Source of the DNA: Anaeromyxobacteraceae bacterium
GTDB taxonomy: Bacteria > Myxococcota > Myxococcia > Myxococcales > Anaeromyxobacteraceae
DNA length: 64,000 nucleotides
Assembly (NCBI GenBank): GCA_032654565.1
Contig: JAULAX010000015.1
Span: 608,001 to 672,000 of the forward strand
Direction: 5' to 3'
A program made the translations under genes and the position numbers. Position 1 is the first letter of the stretch; each line of letters opens with the position of its first letter. The notes beneath the pieces were generated by a model, which saw only the letters and a list, made by a program, of their open reading frames with translations, was not told the DNA's origin and searched no databases. Below are positions 48,065 to 60,219 of this stretch, piece after piece.

Positions 48065-49732
48065 ATGCGCCGACCCCCCCGCCGCCTCCTCGCCCTCGCC
48101 AGCGTCCTCCTCTCCGTCGGCCTCGCCGCCTGCTCCAGTGAGAAGGAGACCACCGTGAGCTTCGCCCACGGCGTCGCCAGCGGCGACCCGCTGGCCGACC
48201 GGGTCATCCTCTGGACCCGGGCCATGCCGTCGCGCGCCGAGGCGGTGACCCTCGACTGGCAGGTGGCCAGCGACCAGGCCTTCACCGCGGTGGTGGCCTC
48301 GGGCCAGGTGACCACCTCGGCGGCCTCCGACTACACCGCCAAGGTGGACGCCACCGGCCTGGCCGCCGGCACCCGCTACTTCTACCGGTTCCGCCACGGC
48401 GGCGAGGTGTCGCCGGTGGGGCGCACCAAGACCCTGCCCACCGGCGCCGTCAGCCAGGTGAAGCTGGCGGTCTTCTCCTGCTCCAACTACCCGGCCGGCT
48501 ACTTCAACACCTACGCCGACGCCGCCGGCGAGCCCGGCCTCGACCTGGCCCTCCACCTCGGCGACACCATCTACGAGTACGGCCAGGGCAAGTACGCCTC
48601 CGCCGACGCCGCCGCCCTGGGCCGGCTGGTGGACCCCGTGGGCGACCTGCTGACGCTCTCCGACTACCGGCGCCGCTACGCCCAGTACCGCACCGACGCC
48701 GACCTGCAGGCGATCATGGGCGTGGTCCCGTTCGTGGTGGTCTGGGACGATCACGAGGTGGCCAACGACGCCTGGACCGGCGGCGCCGAGAACCACGACC
48801 CGCTCACCCAGGGCGACTACCTGGTCCGGCGCGCCGCCGCCATCCAGGCCTTCAACGAGTGGACGCCCAACCGCCTGCCCGACCCGGCCCGTCCCGACAA
48901 GATCTACCGCTCCTTCGACTTCGGCACCCTGGCCTCGCTCCACATGCTCGACACCCGCCACATCGGGCGCGACAAGCAGCTGCTCATCGCCGACTACTTC
49001 AAGGCCGACGGCTCCTTCGACACCGCCGGCTTCACCACCGCCATGGGCAACCCGGCCCGCCAGCTGCTCGGCGCCGAGCAGACCACCTGGCTGCAGGGGA
49101 AGCTCTCGGCCTCCACCGCCACCTGGCAGCTGCTCGGCCAGCAGGTGGTGATGGGGCGCATGAACGTGCCGGTGCCCATCGCCCTGCAGCAGGTGACGGT
49201 GGCCGCCTACGCCGCCATCGCCGTGAAGTACTTCACCAACCCCGGCTCGCTGACGGCGGCGGAGCTGGCCATCATCAGCGCCCCCTCCATCCCCTACAAC
49301 CTCGACGCATGGGACGGCTACGTGGTGCCGCGCGAGACCGTGCTGGGCATGGCCCGGGCCATGGACAAGAACCTGGTGGTCCTCTCCGGCGACACCCACA
49401 ACGCCTGGGCCAACGACCTCGACGACCTGGCCAGGAACAAGGTGGGCGTGGAGTTCGCCGGGCCCGGCGTCTCCGCGCCCGGGCTGGAGGAGATCTTCGC
49501 CAACGACGACCCGGGGGCCTTCGCCGCAGGCGTCACCCAGCTGATCCCGTCGCTGGCCTACGCCGACACCAGCCGCCGCGGCTGGATGCTGATCACCGCC
49601 ACGCCGACCGAGGTCACCGGCGACTGGCGCTTCGTCTCCACCGTCAAGTCCCGCTACTACTCGAGCAGCTCGGGCAAGCAGCTCAAGGTGCTCCCCGGCG
49701 CCGCCGGCCGGCGCCTGGTGGCGGCCCCGTAG
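48065..49732 (+). CDS. phoD: Alkaline phosphatase D
   Basis: FAHGVASGDP, SCSNY, HLGD.IYEY, WDDHEVAND, LDTR, DAWDGY, LSGDTH; RR-containing leader with LAA-C. Confidence 0.95.
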   Translation: MRRPPRRLLALASVLLSVGLAACSSEKETTVSFAHGVASGDPLADRVILWTRAMPSRAEAVTLDWQVASDQAFTAVVASGQVTTSAASDYTAKVDATGLAAGTRYFYRFRHGGEVSPVGRTKTLPTGAVSQVKLAVFSCSNYPAGYFNTYADAAGEPGLDLALHLGDTIYEYGQGKYASADAAALGRLVDPVGDLLTLSDYRRRYAQYRTDADLQAIMGVVPFVVVWDDHEVANDAWTGGAENHDPLTQGDYLVRRAAAIQAFNEWTPNRLPDPARPDKIYRSFDFGTLASLHMLDTRHIGRDKQLLIADYFKADGSFDTAGFTTAMGNPARQLLGAEQTTWLQGKLSASTATWQLLGQQVVMGRMNVPVPIALQQVTVAAYAAIAVKYFTNPGSLTAAELAIISAPSIPYNLDAWDGYVVPRETVLGMARAMDKNLVVLSGDTHNAWANDLDDLARNKVGVEFAGPGVSAPGLEEIFANDDPGAFAAGVTQLIPSLAYADTSRRGWMLITATPTEVTGDWRFVSTVKSRYYSSSSGKQLKVLPGAAGRRLVAAP

Positions 49733-49902
49733 CTGGTCCCGACCCCGGGATCGTCCGGGAGCGAGCGCCATGATGACCTGACCCGGGGCCAGCCCACCCC
49801 GGGTCCCTCTCGACCCCGGCGCCGGCACCGGCCCGCTCCGGATCGCCTCCACTCTTCGGTGGCACGAAGGGTGTAGCGATCCGGTCTGGGAGGCCGGTGG
49901 TG

Positions 49903-50778
49903 ATGGGACGATCCGTGGGTGAGACAGCGGTCGCAGGCGTCGGGCCGGCCAGGCCGGCCATGGGCGGCGGCGCCGAGCGCCGCAGGGACCGGCGTCATCC
50001 GTGCCGGATCCGGCTGGTGGTCACCCGGAGCGGTCACGACCAGGCGGTGGTGACCGAGGACGTCAGCTTCACCGGGCTCTTCTTCAGGACCGACACGCCC
50101 ATCGCCGAGCGGCAGCTGGTGCGGCTCCGGTTGGAGCTCCCCCCCGATGGCCAGGAGCTCGCGGTGATGGGGATGGTGGCCCGCAACGTCCCGGCCCGCG
50201 GCGGCCTGCCGCCAGGGATCGGCATCCAGTTCTACGCGCTCGCCCCCGCGGAGCGGAAGCGCTGGTTCGCCTTCGTCCGATCGGCGGCGTCCGCCCCGGC
50301 CGTGGCGGTGGCGGTGGCGGGACCCGCGGTGGTCTCACCACCGGTCACCGAGGCGGTGCGGCGCCAGTTCCCGCGCCACCCGGCGGCCCTCAAGGTCCTG
50401 CTCCACTCGATCGACGACCTGCGCACCTTCTACACGCGCAACGTCTCCAAGGGGGGTCTCTTCATCTCCACCACCCTGGAGATCCCCGAGGGGACGGCGT
50501 TGAAGGTGAGCGTGATCCACCCGAAGTCGCAGGAGCGCTTCACCCTCATGGCGGTGGTCAGGCGGCGCGCCACCGCGGGCGATCCCGGCCTCGGGCTGGA
50601 GTTCGCCGCGCTGGACGAGCACCGCCGCGAGGAGTTCTACGAGTTCATCAGTTCCGAGCTCCCGGTCGAGGAGATGGTCTACGTCGCCGAGGGTGATCGG
50701 CTCCTGGCCCGCTCGCTCCCGTCCGAAGCGCCGGAGCTGGTCGACCTCGACGAGCTGGAGCTGTTCCCAGGGGAGTAG
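49903..50778 (+). CDS. Tandem PilZ-domain protein (start uncertain)
   Basis: RRRDRR...DVSFTG and RRQFPR...NVSKGG c-di-GMP-binding motifs. Confidence 0.88.
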   Translation: MGRSVGETAVAGVGPARPAMGGGAERRRDRRHPCRIRLVVTRSGHDQAVVTEDVSFTGLFFRTDTPIAERQLVRLRLELPPDGQELAVMGMVARNVPARGGLPPGIGIQFYALAPAERKRWFAFVRSAASAPAVAVAVAGPAVVSPPVTEAVRRQFPRHPAALKVLLHSIDDLRTFYTRNVSKGGLFISTTLEIPEGTALKVSVIHPKSQERFTLMAVVRRRATAGDPGLGLEFAALDEHRREEFYEFISSELPVEEMVYVAEGDRLLARSLPSEAPELVDLDELELFPGE

Positions 50779-50794
50779 TGGTAGCTTCCCCGCC

Positions 50795-51565
50795 ATGCCG
50801 GTGGTGAAGCTGGTCCTGGAGTACGACGGCACCCGTTACGTGGGCTGGCAGCTCCAGCCCAACGGGCCGTCGATCCAGGCCGAGGTGGAGCGGGCGCTGG
50901 AGGCGCTGCACAAGGCCCCGCGCCGGGTCATCGCCGCCGGGCGCACCGACGCCGGGGTCCACGCCCTCGGCCAGGTGCTCTCCTTCGTCGAGGCGGCGCC
51001 GCTCCCGGAGAAGGCCTACGTCAAGGGGATGAACGGCCTGCTCCCCCAGGACATCGCGGTGCGCGCCGCCACGGTGGAGCCGGACGGCTTCGACGCCCGG
51101 CGCAGCGCCTCGGGGAAGCGGTACCGCTACCGGATCGAGAACGGCCACACCCGCGCCCCGCTGTCGCGGCACGTGGCCTGGCAGGTCTTCCGGCCGCTCG
51201 ACGCCGCCGCCATGCGGGCCGCCGCCGTCCACCTGCTGGGCCGCCACGACTTCGCCTGCTTCCAGGCGGCCGACTGCGCCTGCGCCCACGCCGTCCGCAC
51301 CATCCGCCGCTGCGAGGTGATCGGCGAGTCCGGCGGCCGCATCGACCTGGTGCTGGAGGCCACCGCCTTCGTGCGCCACATGGTCCGCAACATCGCCGGC
51401 ACGCTGGTCGACGTCGGCATGGGGCGGCGCACCCCGGAGTCGATCCCCCCGCTGCTGCTGACCCGGGCCCGGGCGCTGGCCGGCCCCACGGCGCCGCCGC
51501 AGGGGCTCTGCCTCGAGGAGGTCTTCTACGGGGACCGCGAGGCCGGGGACGGCGAGGCGGAGTGA
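50795..51565 (+). CDS. truA: tRNA pseudouridine(38-40) synthase
   Basis: YDGT.Y.GWQ.Q, AGRTDAGVHA.GQ, F..HMVR, TAPPQGL. Confidence 0.97.
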   Translation: MPVVKLVLEYDGTRYVGWQLQPNGPSIQAEVERALEALHKAPRRVIAAGRTDAGVHALGQVLSFVEAAPLPEKAYVKGMNGLLPQDIAVRAATVEPDGFDARRSASGKRYRYRIENGHTRAPLSRHVAWQVFRPLDAAAMRAAAVHLLGRHDFACFQAADCACAHAVRTIRRCEVIGESGGRIDLVLEATAFVRHMVRNIAGTLVDVGMGRRTPESIPPLLLTRARALAGPTAPPQGLCLEEVFYGDREAGDGEAE

Positions 51566-51604
51566 CGCCGTCCGGCGCGCGGCCGGCGGGGGCGTGACGG
51601 GCGC

Positions 51605-52429
51605 TCAGCCGTCGCTGGCCGGCTCCCAGCCGTCGTAGCCGCCGCCGTGGCGGGCGGCCAGCTCGCAGAGCGACCAGCTGACGCCGTGGAGGTGGCGCAG
51701 CGCCACCGCATCGACGCGGCGCAGGTCGACGGCGAAGGGGGCCGGGGGCGGGGCGTCGTCGCGCCGGGCCGCCGGGGTGAAGCCCAGCGCGGCCGCCTCG
51801 GCGGCGAAGGCCTCGCGGGCCTCGGCGCTGGGGAAGGAGGCCTGGTGGTCGATGGGGCGCGGCGCGGCCCCGGTCCCGTGGCGCAGCAGCGCCTCCACCT
51901 CGCGCCGGTCCTCCATCCAGCGGCGGGCGCGCGGCGGCGGGGCCAGCTCGGCGGTCCAGGCCTGCCAGGCCGGATCGTCCTCGCCGTGGGTGGTCACCTC
52001 CAGGCCGGCCAGCCCGGGCGCGGCGGCGGCCAGGGCCTCGCCGACCGGCGCCGCCTCGGGGAGGTAGAAGAGGTGGGCGCGGGTGCCGGCCAGGGTGACG
52101 CGGCCGGCGTAGGCGGCGCCGATGGCGCCGAGCGCGGCGGAGAGGGCGTCCTCGGCGCGGGCCAGGGCCTCCGCCTCGGAAGCGGTGGGCAGGCCGTCGG
52201 GGCCGGCGGCGCGGAGCGGGTAGGAGACGCGCAGCAGCCGCGGCCGGGCCGGGTCGGGGACCCGCCCCTCCAGCGCCAGGTCGAGCGCCACCGCCACCGG
52301 ACCCTCCGGGGCCTGGGCGCGCCAGGAGTCCCAGCCGACGGCGTCGACGGCGGCGTCGGCCGGTGCGGCGGGACCGTCCGGCGCGGCGGCGGGGGTGGGT
52401 CGGGAGAAGAGGTTTCGGAGCCAGCGCAT
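51605..52429 (-). CDS. DUF695 / RraB-like domain protein
   Basis: GLPT..E...L...ED, DDPAW, RPIDH...F, GG.YDGWE. Confidence 0.8.
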   Translation of the reverse strand: MRWLRNLFSRPTPAAAPDGPAAPADAAVDAVGWDSWRAQAPEGPVAVALDLALEGRVPDPARPRLLRVSYPLRAAGPDGLPTASEAEALARAEDALSAALGAIGAAYAGRVTLAGTRAHLFYLPEAAPVGEALAAAAPGLAGLEVTTHGEDDPAWQAWTAELAPPPRARRWMEDRREVEALLRHGTGAAPRPIDHQASFPSAEAREAFAAEAAALGFTPAARRDDAPPPAPFAVDLRRVDAVALRHLHGVSWSLCELAARHGGGYDGWEPASDG

Positions 52430-52480
52430 GCGACCACCTTTGGATGGCGGGAAGCTAGCACGCCGGCCGCCCCGGCCGCC

Positions 52481-55084
52481 TCACGAAGCCGCGGCCGTCC
52501 CCTTGTGGAAGTGCATGCCCCCGTCCGCGCCCTCGTCGAGCACGATCTCGTCGCCGGCCACGAACTCGCCGCGCAGCAGCCGGGTGGCCAGCGGGTCCTG
52601 CACCAGCCGCTGCAGGGCCCGCTTCAGCGGCCGGGCCCCGTAGACCGGGTCGTAGCCGGCGTCGGCGATGGCCTCGCGGGCCGCCTCGGAGAGGGTCAGG
52701 GTGAGCTTGCGCTCGGCCAGCAGCCGGCGCAGCCGGGCCAGCTGGATCTCGACGATGCGGCCGACGTCCTCGCGCCCCAGCGGCTGGAAGACCACCACCT
52801 CGTCGACCCGGTTGAGGAACTCGGGGCGGAAGGCGCCCCGCAGCAGCTCCAGGGCCGCCTCGCGCACCTGGCCGAGGTCGGCGCCGGCGCCGGCGCCCAG
52901 CCGCTGGATCTCGGCCGAGCCGAGGTTGCTGGTCATGATCACCACGGCGTTGCGGAAGTCGACGGTGCGCCCCTGGCCGTCGGTGAGCCGGCCGTCGTCG
53001 AGCAGCTGCAGCAGCACGTTGAAGACGTCGGGGTGGGCCTTCTCGATCTCGTCGAAGAGGATGACGGCGTAGGGGCGGCGGCGCACCGCCTCGGTGAGCT
53101 GCCCGCCCTCGTCGTAGCCGACGTAGCCCGGGGGGGCGCCGATGAGCCGCGACACGGCGTGCTTCTCCATGTACTCGCTCATGTCGATGCGGACCATGGC
53201 CGCCTCGTCGTCGAAGAGGAACTCGGCCAGGGCCCGCGCCGTCTCGGTCTTCCCCACCCCGGTGGGCCCGAGGAAGATGAAGGAGCCGATGGGCCGGTTG
53301 GGGTCCTGCAGCCCGGAGCGGGAGCGGCGCACCGCCGCCGAGACCGCCGCCAGCGCCTCGGGCTGGCCGACCACCCGGGCCTCGAGCCGGTGCTCCATGT
53401 CGAGCAGCTTCTCCACCTCGCCCTCGAGCAGGCGCGAGACCGGGATGCGGGTCCAGGAGGCCACCACCTTGGCGATGTCCTCGGGGGTGACCTCCTCCTT
53501 GAGCATGGCGCCGGCCTTCTGCTGCACCGCCAGCCGGGCGGCGGCGGCGTCGGCGACGCGCTGCGCCTCCGGCAGCCGGCCGAACTTGAGCTCGGCGGCC
53601 CGCTGGAAGTCGGCGGCCCGCTCGGCCTGCTCCTGCTCCACCTTGAGCTTGTCGATGGCGGCGTGGGCGTCGGAGAGCTCCTTGATGACCGCCTTCTCGG
53701 CGTCCCAGCGGCTCTTCTGCCGGGCGAACTCCTCGTTGCGGGCCGCCAGCTCCTGCTCCACCTCGGCGAGGCGGGAGCGGCTGGCCGGGTCCTTCTCCTT
53801 GAGCAGGCCCTGCTTCTCGATCTCCAGCTGGCCGACGCGGCGGCGCACCTCGTCCACCTCGGTGGGCATGGAGTCGATCTCGATGCGCAGCCGGCTGGCC
53901 GCCTCGTCGATCAGGTCGATGGCCTTGTCGGGCAGGAAGCGGTCGGCGATGTAGCGGTGGCTCAGGCGGGCGGCGTCCACCAGCGCCGCGTCCTGGATGC
54001 GGACCCGGTGGTGCAGCTCGTAGCGGTCCTTCAGGCCGCGCAGGATGGAGACGGTGTCGGCCACCGAGGGCTCCCCCACCATGACCGGCTGGAAGCGCCG
54101 CTCCAGGGCCGGGTCCTTCTCCACGTGCTTGCGGTACTCGTCGATGGTGGTGGCGCCGATGGCGTGCAGCTCGCCGCGGGCCAGCGCCGGCTTGAGCATG
54201 TTGCCGGCGTCCATGGCCCCCTCGGCGGCCCCGGCGCCGACGATGGTGTGCAGCTCGTCGATGAAGAGGACGATCTCGCCGGCCGAGTCGACCACCTCCT
54301 TGAGCACGCCCTTCAACCGCTCCTCGAACTCGCCGCGGAACTTGGCGCCGGCCACCAGCGCGGCCAGGTCGAGCGAGAGCAGCCGCTTGCCCTTCAGCCC
54401 CTCGGGCACGTCGCCGTCGACGATGCGCCGCGCCAGCCCCTCGGCGATGGCGGTCTTGCCCACGCCGGGGTCGCCCACCAGCACCGGGTTGTTCTTGGTG
54501 CGGCGCGAGAGGATCTGGATGACCCGGCGGATCTCGTCGTCGCGCCCGATGACCGGGTCGAGCTTGCCGGCCCGGGCCAGCGCGGTGAGGTCCCTGGTGT
54601 ACTTCTCCAGGGCGCGGTACTGGCTCTCCGCCTCCGGGCTGCTCACCCGGGCGCCGCCGCGCAGCTCCTTCACGGCCCCCTGGATCCGCTCGGCGGTGGC
54701 GCCGGCGCTCCGCAGCGCCTCGCCCACCGGCCCCTTCTCCCCGGCGGCCGCCAGCAGCAGGTGCTCGGTGGAGACGTAGTCGTCCTTGAGCTTCCGGGCC
54801 TCGTCCTCGGCCCGGTCGAGCAGCTTGGCCAGCCGCTGCGCCAGGTGCTGCTCGCCCCCCTCGACGCGGGGGCGGGTGCGCAGCTCGTCCTCGAGGCGGG
54901 CGCGGACCCGGTCGGGCGGGGCGCCGATCTTCTCGAGCAGCGGGCCGGCCAGCCCCTCCGGCTGGTCGAGCAGGGCCAGCAGGAGGTGCTCGACGTCGAC
55001 CGACTGGTGATCGCGACGGCGCGCCTCGGTCTGGGCGCCGCTCAGCACCTCCTGGGCCTTCACGGTGAAGCGGTCGGGTCGCAT
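52481..55084 (-). CDS. clpB: Chaperone ClpB
   Basis: Two AAA+ modules ([16 protein letters not shown]), coiled-coil M-domain, [26 protein letters not shown]. Confidence 0.98.
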   Translation of the reverse strand: MRPDRFTVKAQEVLSGAQTEARRRDHQSVDVEHLLLALLDQPEGLAGPLLEKIGAPPDRVRARLEDELRTRPRVEGGEQHLAQRLAKLLDRAEDEARKLKDDYVSTEHLLLAAAGEKGPVGEALRSAGATAERIQGAVKELRGGARVSSPEAESQYRALEKYTRDLTALARAGKLDPVIGRDDEIRRVIQILSRRTKNNPVLVGDPGVGKTAIAEGLARRIVDGDVPEGLKGKRLLSLDLAALVAGAKFRGEFEERLKGVLKEVVDSAGEIVLFIDELHTIVGAGAAEGAMDAGNMLKPALARGELHAIGATTIDEYRKHVEKDPALERRFQPVMVGEPSVADTVSILRGLKDRYELHHRVRIQDAALVDAARLSHRYIADRFLPDKAIDLIDEAASRLRIEIDSMPTEVDEVRRRVGQLEIEKQGLLKEKDPASRSRLAEVEQELAARNEEFARQKSRWDAEKAVIKELSDAHAAIDKLKVEQEQAERAADFQRAAELKFGRLPEAQRVADAAAARLAVQQKAGAMLKEEVTPEDIAKVVASWTRIPVSRLLEGEVEKLLDMEHRLEARVVGQPEALAAVSAAVRRSRSGLQDPNRPIGSFIFLGPTGVGKTETARALAEFLFDDEAAMVRIDMSEYMEKHAVSRLIGAPPGYVGYDEGGQLTEAVRRRPYAVILFDEIEKAHPDVFNVLLQLLDDGRLTDGQGRTVDFRNAVVIMTSNLGSAEIQRLGAGAGADLGQVREAALELLRGAFRPEFLNRVDEVVVFQPLGREDVGRIVEIQLARLRRLLAERKLTLTLSEAAREAIADAGYDPVYGARPLKRALQRLVQDPLATRLLRGEFVAGDEIVLDEGADGGMHFHKGTAAAS

Positions 55085-55255
55085 GGCGCCAACCTAAGAC
55101 CGGGATCGCCCTTGGCAAGCGGCGCGATGCCGCAGCGCGTCATCGACCGGAGCGCGGCCTCCCCGTGCTAACTTCCGGTCCGCCCGTTATCTGGAGGCTT
55201 CCCCCGCCATCCACCCCGGCGCCTTCTGCCCGCGCCGCTGCCAAGGAGAACGAAG

Positions 55256-56503
55256 ATGAAGCGACTGCTCGGACTGCTGCTCTGCCTCGCCGCCACCCCG
55301 GCCCTCTCGGCCGACACCATCAAGCTGGCCCTCACCGGCCCGTACTCGGGCGGCTCCGCCCCCATGGGCACCTCCACCCGGGACGGCTCCAAGCTGGCCA
55401 TCGCCGAGATCAACGCCGCCGGCGGCATCCAGGTCGGCGCCAGGAAGCTGAAGATCGAGATCATCGAGCGCGACGACGAGGCCAAGAACGAGCGCGGCGC
55501 GCTCATCGCCCAGGAGCTGGCGGCCATGGCCGACCTCTCCGGCGTCATCGGCAGCGTCAACACCGGCGTGGTCATGGCCGGCGACAAGCACCTGCAGGAG
55601 AGGGGCATCACCAAGATCATCTGCCCGGCCGCCGGCTCGGCCTCCATGACCCAGTGGCTCGACAAGCCGGCCACGGGCGACAAGCCGGCCGTCCCCGGCC
55701 CCAAGCAGCTCTCGATGTTCCGCTTCGCCGCCCACGACGGCATCCAGGCCGCCATGGTGGTCGAGGAGGCCATCAACCGGAAGCTCACCAAGGTGGCCCT
55801 CTTCGCCGACGCCACCAACTACGGCGCCTCCGGCCTGGCCGACATGCGCGACCAGATCAAGAAGCAGGGGAACAAGCTCGAGGTGGTCACCGAGGAGAAG
55901 TGGGCCATCGGCGACAAGGACATGACCGCGCAGCTGCTCAAGGCCAAGTCGCTCGGCGCCCAGGCCATCCTCATCTGGGGCATCGGCCCGGAGCTGGCGG
56001 CGGTCTCCAACGGCATGGCCAAGCTCGGCCTCAAGGTCCCGCTCATCGGCGGCTGGCCGCTCTCCATGTCCAACTACCTGGACAACGCCGGCGCCAACGG
56101 CAACGGCACGCTCATGCCGCAGACCTTCATCGAGGAGCCCATCACCCCGCGCGCCAAGGGCTTCATCGACTCCTACCACGCGGCCTACGGCGTCAAGCGC
56201 ATCCCCTCGCCGGTCTCGGCCGCCCAGGGCTACGACGCCGTGCTGGTCTTCGCCGCCGCCGTCAAGCAGGCCGGCAGCACCGACAGCCTGAAGATCCGCG
56301 ACGCCCTCGAGGACCTCAAGGAGCCGGTCGACGGCGTCATCGCCCTCTGGAAGAAGCCCTACTCGAGGTGGAGCCCCACCGACGTCACCACCCACGAGGC
56401 CTTCCGCCGCGAGCAGACCATCATGGGCATGGTGCAGGACGGCCGCGTGGTCTTCGCCAACGAGGCCGACAAGGCCCGCCTGGCCAAGCGCGGCGCCAAG
56501 TAG
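55256..56503 (+). CDS. Branched-chain amino acid-type ABC transporter substrate-binding protein
   Basis: Signal peptide; EINAAGG, DD, QGYDA; first gene of a liv-like operon. Confidence 0.9.
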   Translation: MKRLLGLLLCLAATPALSADTIKLALTGPYSGGSAPMGTSTRDGSKLAIAEINAAGGIQVGARKLKIEIIERDDEAKNERGALIAQELAAMADLSGVIGSVNTGVVMAGDKHLQERGITKIICPAAGSASMTQWLDKPATGDKPAVPGPKQLSMFRFAAHDGIQAAMVVEEAINRKLTKVALFADATNYGASGLADMRDQIKKQGNKLEVVTEEKWAIGDKDMTAQLLKAKSLGAQAILIWGIGPELAAVSNGMAKLGLKVPLIGGWPLSMSNYLDNAGANGNGTLMPQTFIEEPITPRAKGFIDSYHAAYGVKRIPSPVSAAQGYDAVLVFAAAVKQAGSTDSLKIRDALEDLKEPVDGVIALWKKPYSRWSPTDVTTHEAFRREQTIMGMVQDGRVVFANEADKARLAKRGAK

Positions 56504-56574
56504 CGGCCTGACCTGACCCGGGGGGGCGGTCACCGCCGCCTCCCCGGCCTCCCCCTGCCGTCCCCCGGACCCCC

Positions 56575-57483
56575 GTGCCCTTCTCGATTGTCGCGCAGAT
56601 CGCCGTGAGCGGAGCGCTCATGGGGCTGGTCTACGCCCTCGTCGCCTACGGCTTCCAGCTCACCTTCGCCACCTCCAAGAGCATCAACTTCGGCCAGGGC
56701 GAGCTGGTGATGGTCTCGGCCTTCGCCAGCCTCACCCTCATCAACCTCGGCACCCGGCTGTTCCCGGGGGTGTCGCTCGGCCTCCTCTACCTGGCGGTGG
56801 TGCCGCTCGGCCTGCTCTTCGGCGCCCTGCTCGGCCTGGTGGTGGAGCGGACCGCGGTGCGGCTGGCGCTGGAGCAGAAGAGCGAGGGCTGGATCCTGCT
56901 CTCCATCATCGTCGGCCTCTTCCTCTTCTCCGCCGCCGAGAACGTCTGGGGGCGCGACGACCGCCCCTTCCCCACCCCCATCCCCGACGCCTCCTTCCAC
57001 CTGCTCGGCGTCGACGTCACCTGGCGCGAGGTCTCGGTGCTGGTGGGCGTGCTGGCCATCATGGGGATCATCGAGACCTTCAAGCGCACCACCCTGCTCG
57101 GCAAGGCCTTCGAGGCCGTCTCCGCCGACCGCGACGCCGGCGAGCTGATGGGCATCTCCGCCACCCGCACCGTCATGCTCTCCTACGGCCTCTCCGGGAT
57201 GGTGGCGGCGCTGGCCGGCATCCTGGTCTCGCCGATCACCACGGTGGGGCCGACCATGGCCTCGGCCATGATCCTCAAGGCCTTCTCGGTGGCGGTGGTG
57301 GCCGGGCTGGAGTCGGGCTTCGGCGTGGTGCTGGTGGGCGTCGGGCTGGGGGCGCTGGAGGGGCTGGCCAGCCTCTACATCGGCAGCGGCTGGCGCGAGG
57401 CCCCCGGGCTGGTGCTGCTCATCCTGGCGCTGGCCGTCCGCCCCACCGGGCTCTTCGGCAAGGCCGTCATCCGGAAGGTCTAG
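56575..57483 (+). CDS. livH: ABC transporter permease (LivH-like)
   Basis: G..YALVAYG...INFGQGELVM, GKAFEAV, RPTGLFG. Confidence 0.9.
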   Translation: MPFSIVAQIAVSGALMGLVYALVAYGFQLTFATSKSINFGQGELVMVSAFASLTLINLGTRLFPGVSLGLLYLAVVPLGLLFGALLGLVVERTAVRLALEQKSEGWILLSIIVGLFLFSAAENVWGRDDRPFPTPIPDASFHLLGVDVTWREVSVLVGVLAIMGIIETFKRTTLLGKAFEAVSADRDAGELMGISATRTVMLSYGLSGMVAALAGILVSPITTVGPTMASAMILKAFSVAVVAGLESGFGVVLVGVGLGALEGLASLYIGSGWREAPGLVLLILALAVRPTGLFGKAVIRKV

Positions 57484-57493
57484 GAGCCACCCC

Positions 57494-59452
57494 GTGCTGA
57501 AGCGCCTCCTCCTCGTCCGCGGCACCGAGTTCCTGCTCTTCGCGCTGCTGGCGGCCATCCCGCTGGCGGTGCAGAGCCCCTACGCGCTGGGGCTGCTGAC
57601 GCTGCTGGCCATCTACGGCATCCTCCTCATCGGCCTCGACGTCACCGTCGGCTACCTCGGCCAGGTCAACCTGGCCCAGGCCGCCTTCCTCGGCATCGGC
57701 GCCTACACCGCCGGCATCCTCACCACCCGCTGGGGCGTCGGCCTCCCCATGGCGGTGCTGGCGGCCGGCGCCGTCTGCACCGTCCTGGGCGCGCTGCTGG
57801 CGCTCCCCTCGCTGCGGCTGGAGGGGCCGCAGTTCGCGCTGGCCACCCTGAGCTTCCTGGCCCTCACCACCACCGTGCTCACCGAGGTGGAGTGGCTCAC
57901 CGCCGGCTCGCAGGGGCTCTCGGTGGACCGGCCGCCGCTCTTCGGGGTGGCGCTGACGCCGCGCCTCTTCTTCTGGCTCTGCCTGCTGGTGCTGGCGGTG
58001 GTCTGGATGGCGATGCGCAACCTGCTCTCCGGGCAGTGGGGGCGGGCCTTCGAGGCGCTGCGCGACAGCCCCATCGCCACCGACGCCATGGGGGTGGGCA
58101 CCTACCGGCACAAGGTGGCGGCCTTCGCCTTCGGCTCCGGCCTGGGCGGGGTGGCCGGCGCCCTCTACGCCTACAACTTCCAGTACCTGCAGCCGCAGAG
58201 CTACGTCTACGAGCTGACCGTGGTGCTGCTGCTGGGCGTGGTGCTGGGCGGCCGCAAGAGCCTGTGGGGCGCCTTCGTGGGGGCCACCCTGGTGGCGCTG
58301 CTCCCCAACCTGCTCAGCAACCTGCTGCTCTTCCGCGCCTTCGCGGCCGTCGGCTTCGCCATGGCCCTCTTCGCCGGTGTGCGCGGCCTGCGGCGCCGCG
58401 CCGCCGGGCGCTTCCAGGCGCTGGCCCCGGTGGTGGCCACCGGCGCGCTGGTGCTCGGCTCCTTCCTGGAGAAGAACACCGAGGACTGGCGCAAGGCCAT
58501 CTTCGCCCTGATGCTCTTCTCGGTGGTGGTGGGGCTGCCGGAGGGGCTGATGGGCTTCGCCGCCGGCGCCCTGGCCCGGCTCTTCCGCGTGGCGCCGCCG
58601 CCGCTGCCGCCGGCCGCCGCGCTCGACGCCGTGCTGCCGCCCCGGGCCACCCGGGGCGAGCCGCTGCTGGAGGTGCGGGCCCTGCACCGCCACTTCGGCG
58701 GGGTGCGGGCGGTGGACGGCGTCGACCTGACGGTGACCGCCGGCACCATCCACGGCCTGATCGGCCCCAACGGCTCGGGCAAGAGCACGCTGGTCAACGT
58801 GGTCTCCGGCCTCTACACCCCCACCTCGGGCGAGCTGCTGCTGCGCGGGGCGCCGCTGCCCCGGGGCAGCCTCTTCAAGGCGGCCCGGGCCGGGGTGGCC
58901 CGCACCTTCCAGAACCTGCAGCTCTTCACCGGCATGACCACGCTGGAGAACGTCATGGTGGCCCTGCGCGGCGCCTACCGCCTGCCGCTGCCGCTGGTGC
59001 TGGCCGGCCTGGGGCGGGGCGAGGAGCGGCGGGCCCAGGCCGAGGCCCTGGCCCTGCTGGAGCTGGTCGGCCTCGACGGCGAGGCCCGCACCCCGGTCAA
59101 GGACCTCACCTACGGCGCCCAGCGCTTCCTGGAGATGGCGCGGGCGCTGGCCCGCAAGCCGGAGCTGCTCATCCTCGACGAGCCGGCTGCCGGCCTGGCC
59201 CACCCGGACGTGGTGCGGCAGGTCGAGGTGATCCGGAGCATCCACGCCCGCGGCGTCACCATCGTGCTCATCGAGCACCACATGGACGTGGTGACCTCGC
59301 TCTGTGACGTGGTCACCGTGCTCGACGGCGGGCGGGTCATCGCCGAGGGGAAGCCCGGCGACGTGAAGCGCCACCCCAAGGTGATCGCCGCCTACCTCGG
59401 CACCACCGCCGACGAGGCCGGCCCCGCCGAGGGCGCGCCGGCGGCGGGCTGA
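57494..59452 (+). CDS. Fused ABC permease/ATP-binding protein (LivM-LivG)
   Basis: GYLGQVNLAQAAF permease half; GPNGSGKS, RTFQN, LDEP, IEHHMD ATPase half. Confidence 0.92.
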   Translation: MLKRLLLVRGTEFLLFALLAAIPLAVQSPYALGLLTLLAIYGILLIGLDVTVGYLGQVNLAQAAFLGIGAYTAGILTTRWGVGLPMAVLAAGAVCTVLGALLALPSLRLEGPQFALATLSFLALTTTVLTEVEWLTAGSQGLSVDRPPLFGVALTPRLFFWLCLLVLAVVWMAMRNLLSGQWGRAFEALRDSPIATDAMGVGTYRHKVAAFAFGSGLGGVAGALYAYNFQYLQPQSYVYELTVVLLLGVVLGGRKSLWGAFVGATLVALLPNLLSNLLLFRAFAAVGFAMALFAGVRGLRRRAAGRFQALAPVVATGALVLGSFLEKNTEDWRKAIFALMLFSVVVGLPEGLMGFAAGALARLFRVAPPPLPPAAALDAVLPPRATRGEPLLEVRALHRHFGGVRAVDGVDLTVTAGTIHGLIGPNGSGKSTLVNVVSGLYTPTSGELLLRGAPLPRGSLFKAARAGVARTFQNLQLFTGMTTLENVMVALRGAYRLPLPLVLAGLGRGEERRAQAEALALLELVGLDGEARTPVKDLTYGAQRFLEMARALARKPELLILDEPAAGLAHPDVVRQVEVIRSIHARGVTIVLIEHHMDVVTSLCDVVTVLDGGRVIAEGKPGDVKRHPKVIAAYLGTTADEAGPAEGAPAAG

Positions 59453-59467
59453 GGCCCGGGAGAACGA

Positions 59468-60184
<717 letters not shown>

Positions 60185-60219
60185 GGTGCGGCGACGCCGC
60201 GGCCCGGGCGGCACGGTGC

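Noticed and set aside
51647..55171. Very long alternative-frame and antisense ORFs (also 27420-29957, 57467-60232, 44778-47318 and others)
   Set aside because: Shadow ORFs caused by stop-codon scarcity in high-GC DNA, opposite well-supported genes
57494..59452. LivM-LivG fusion as a novelty
   Set aside because: Such permease-ATPase fusions are common in this transporter family
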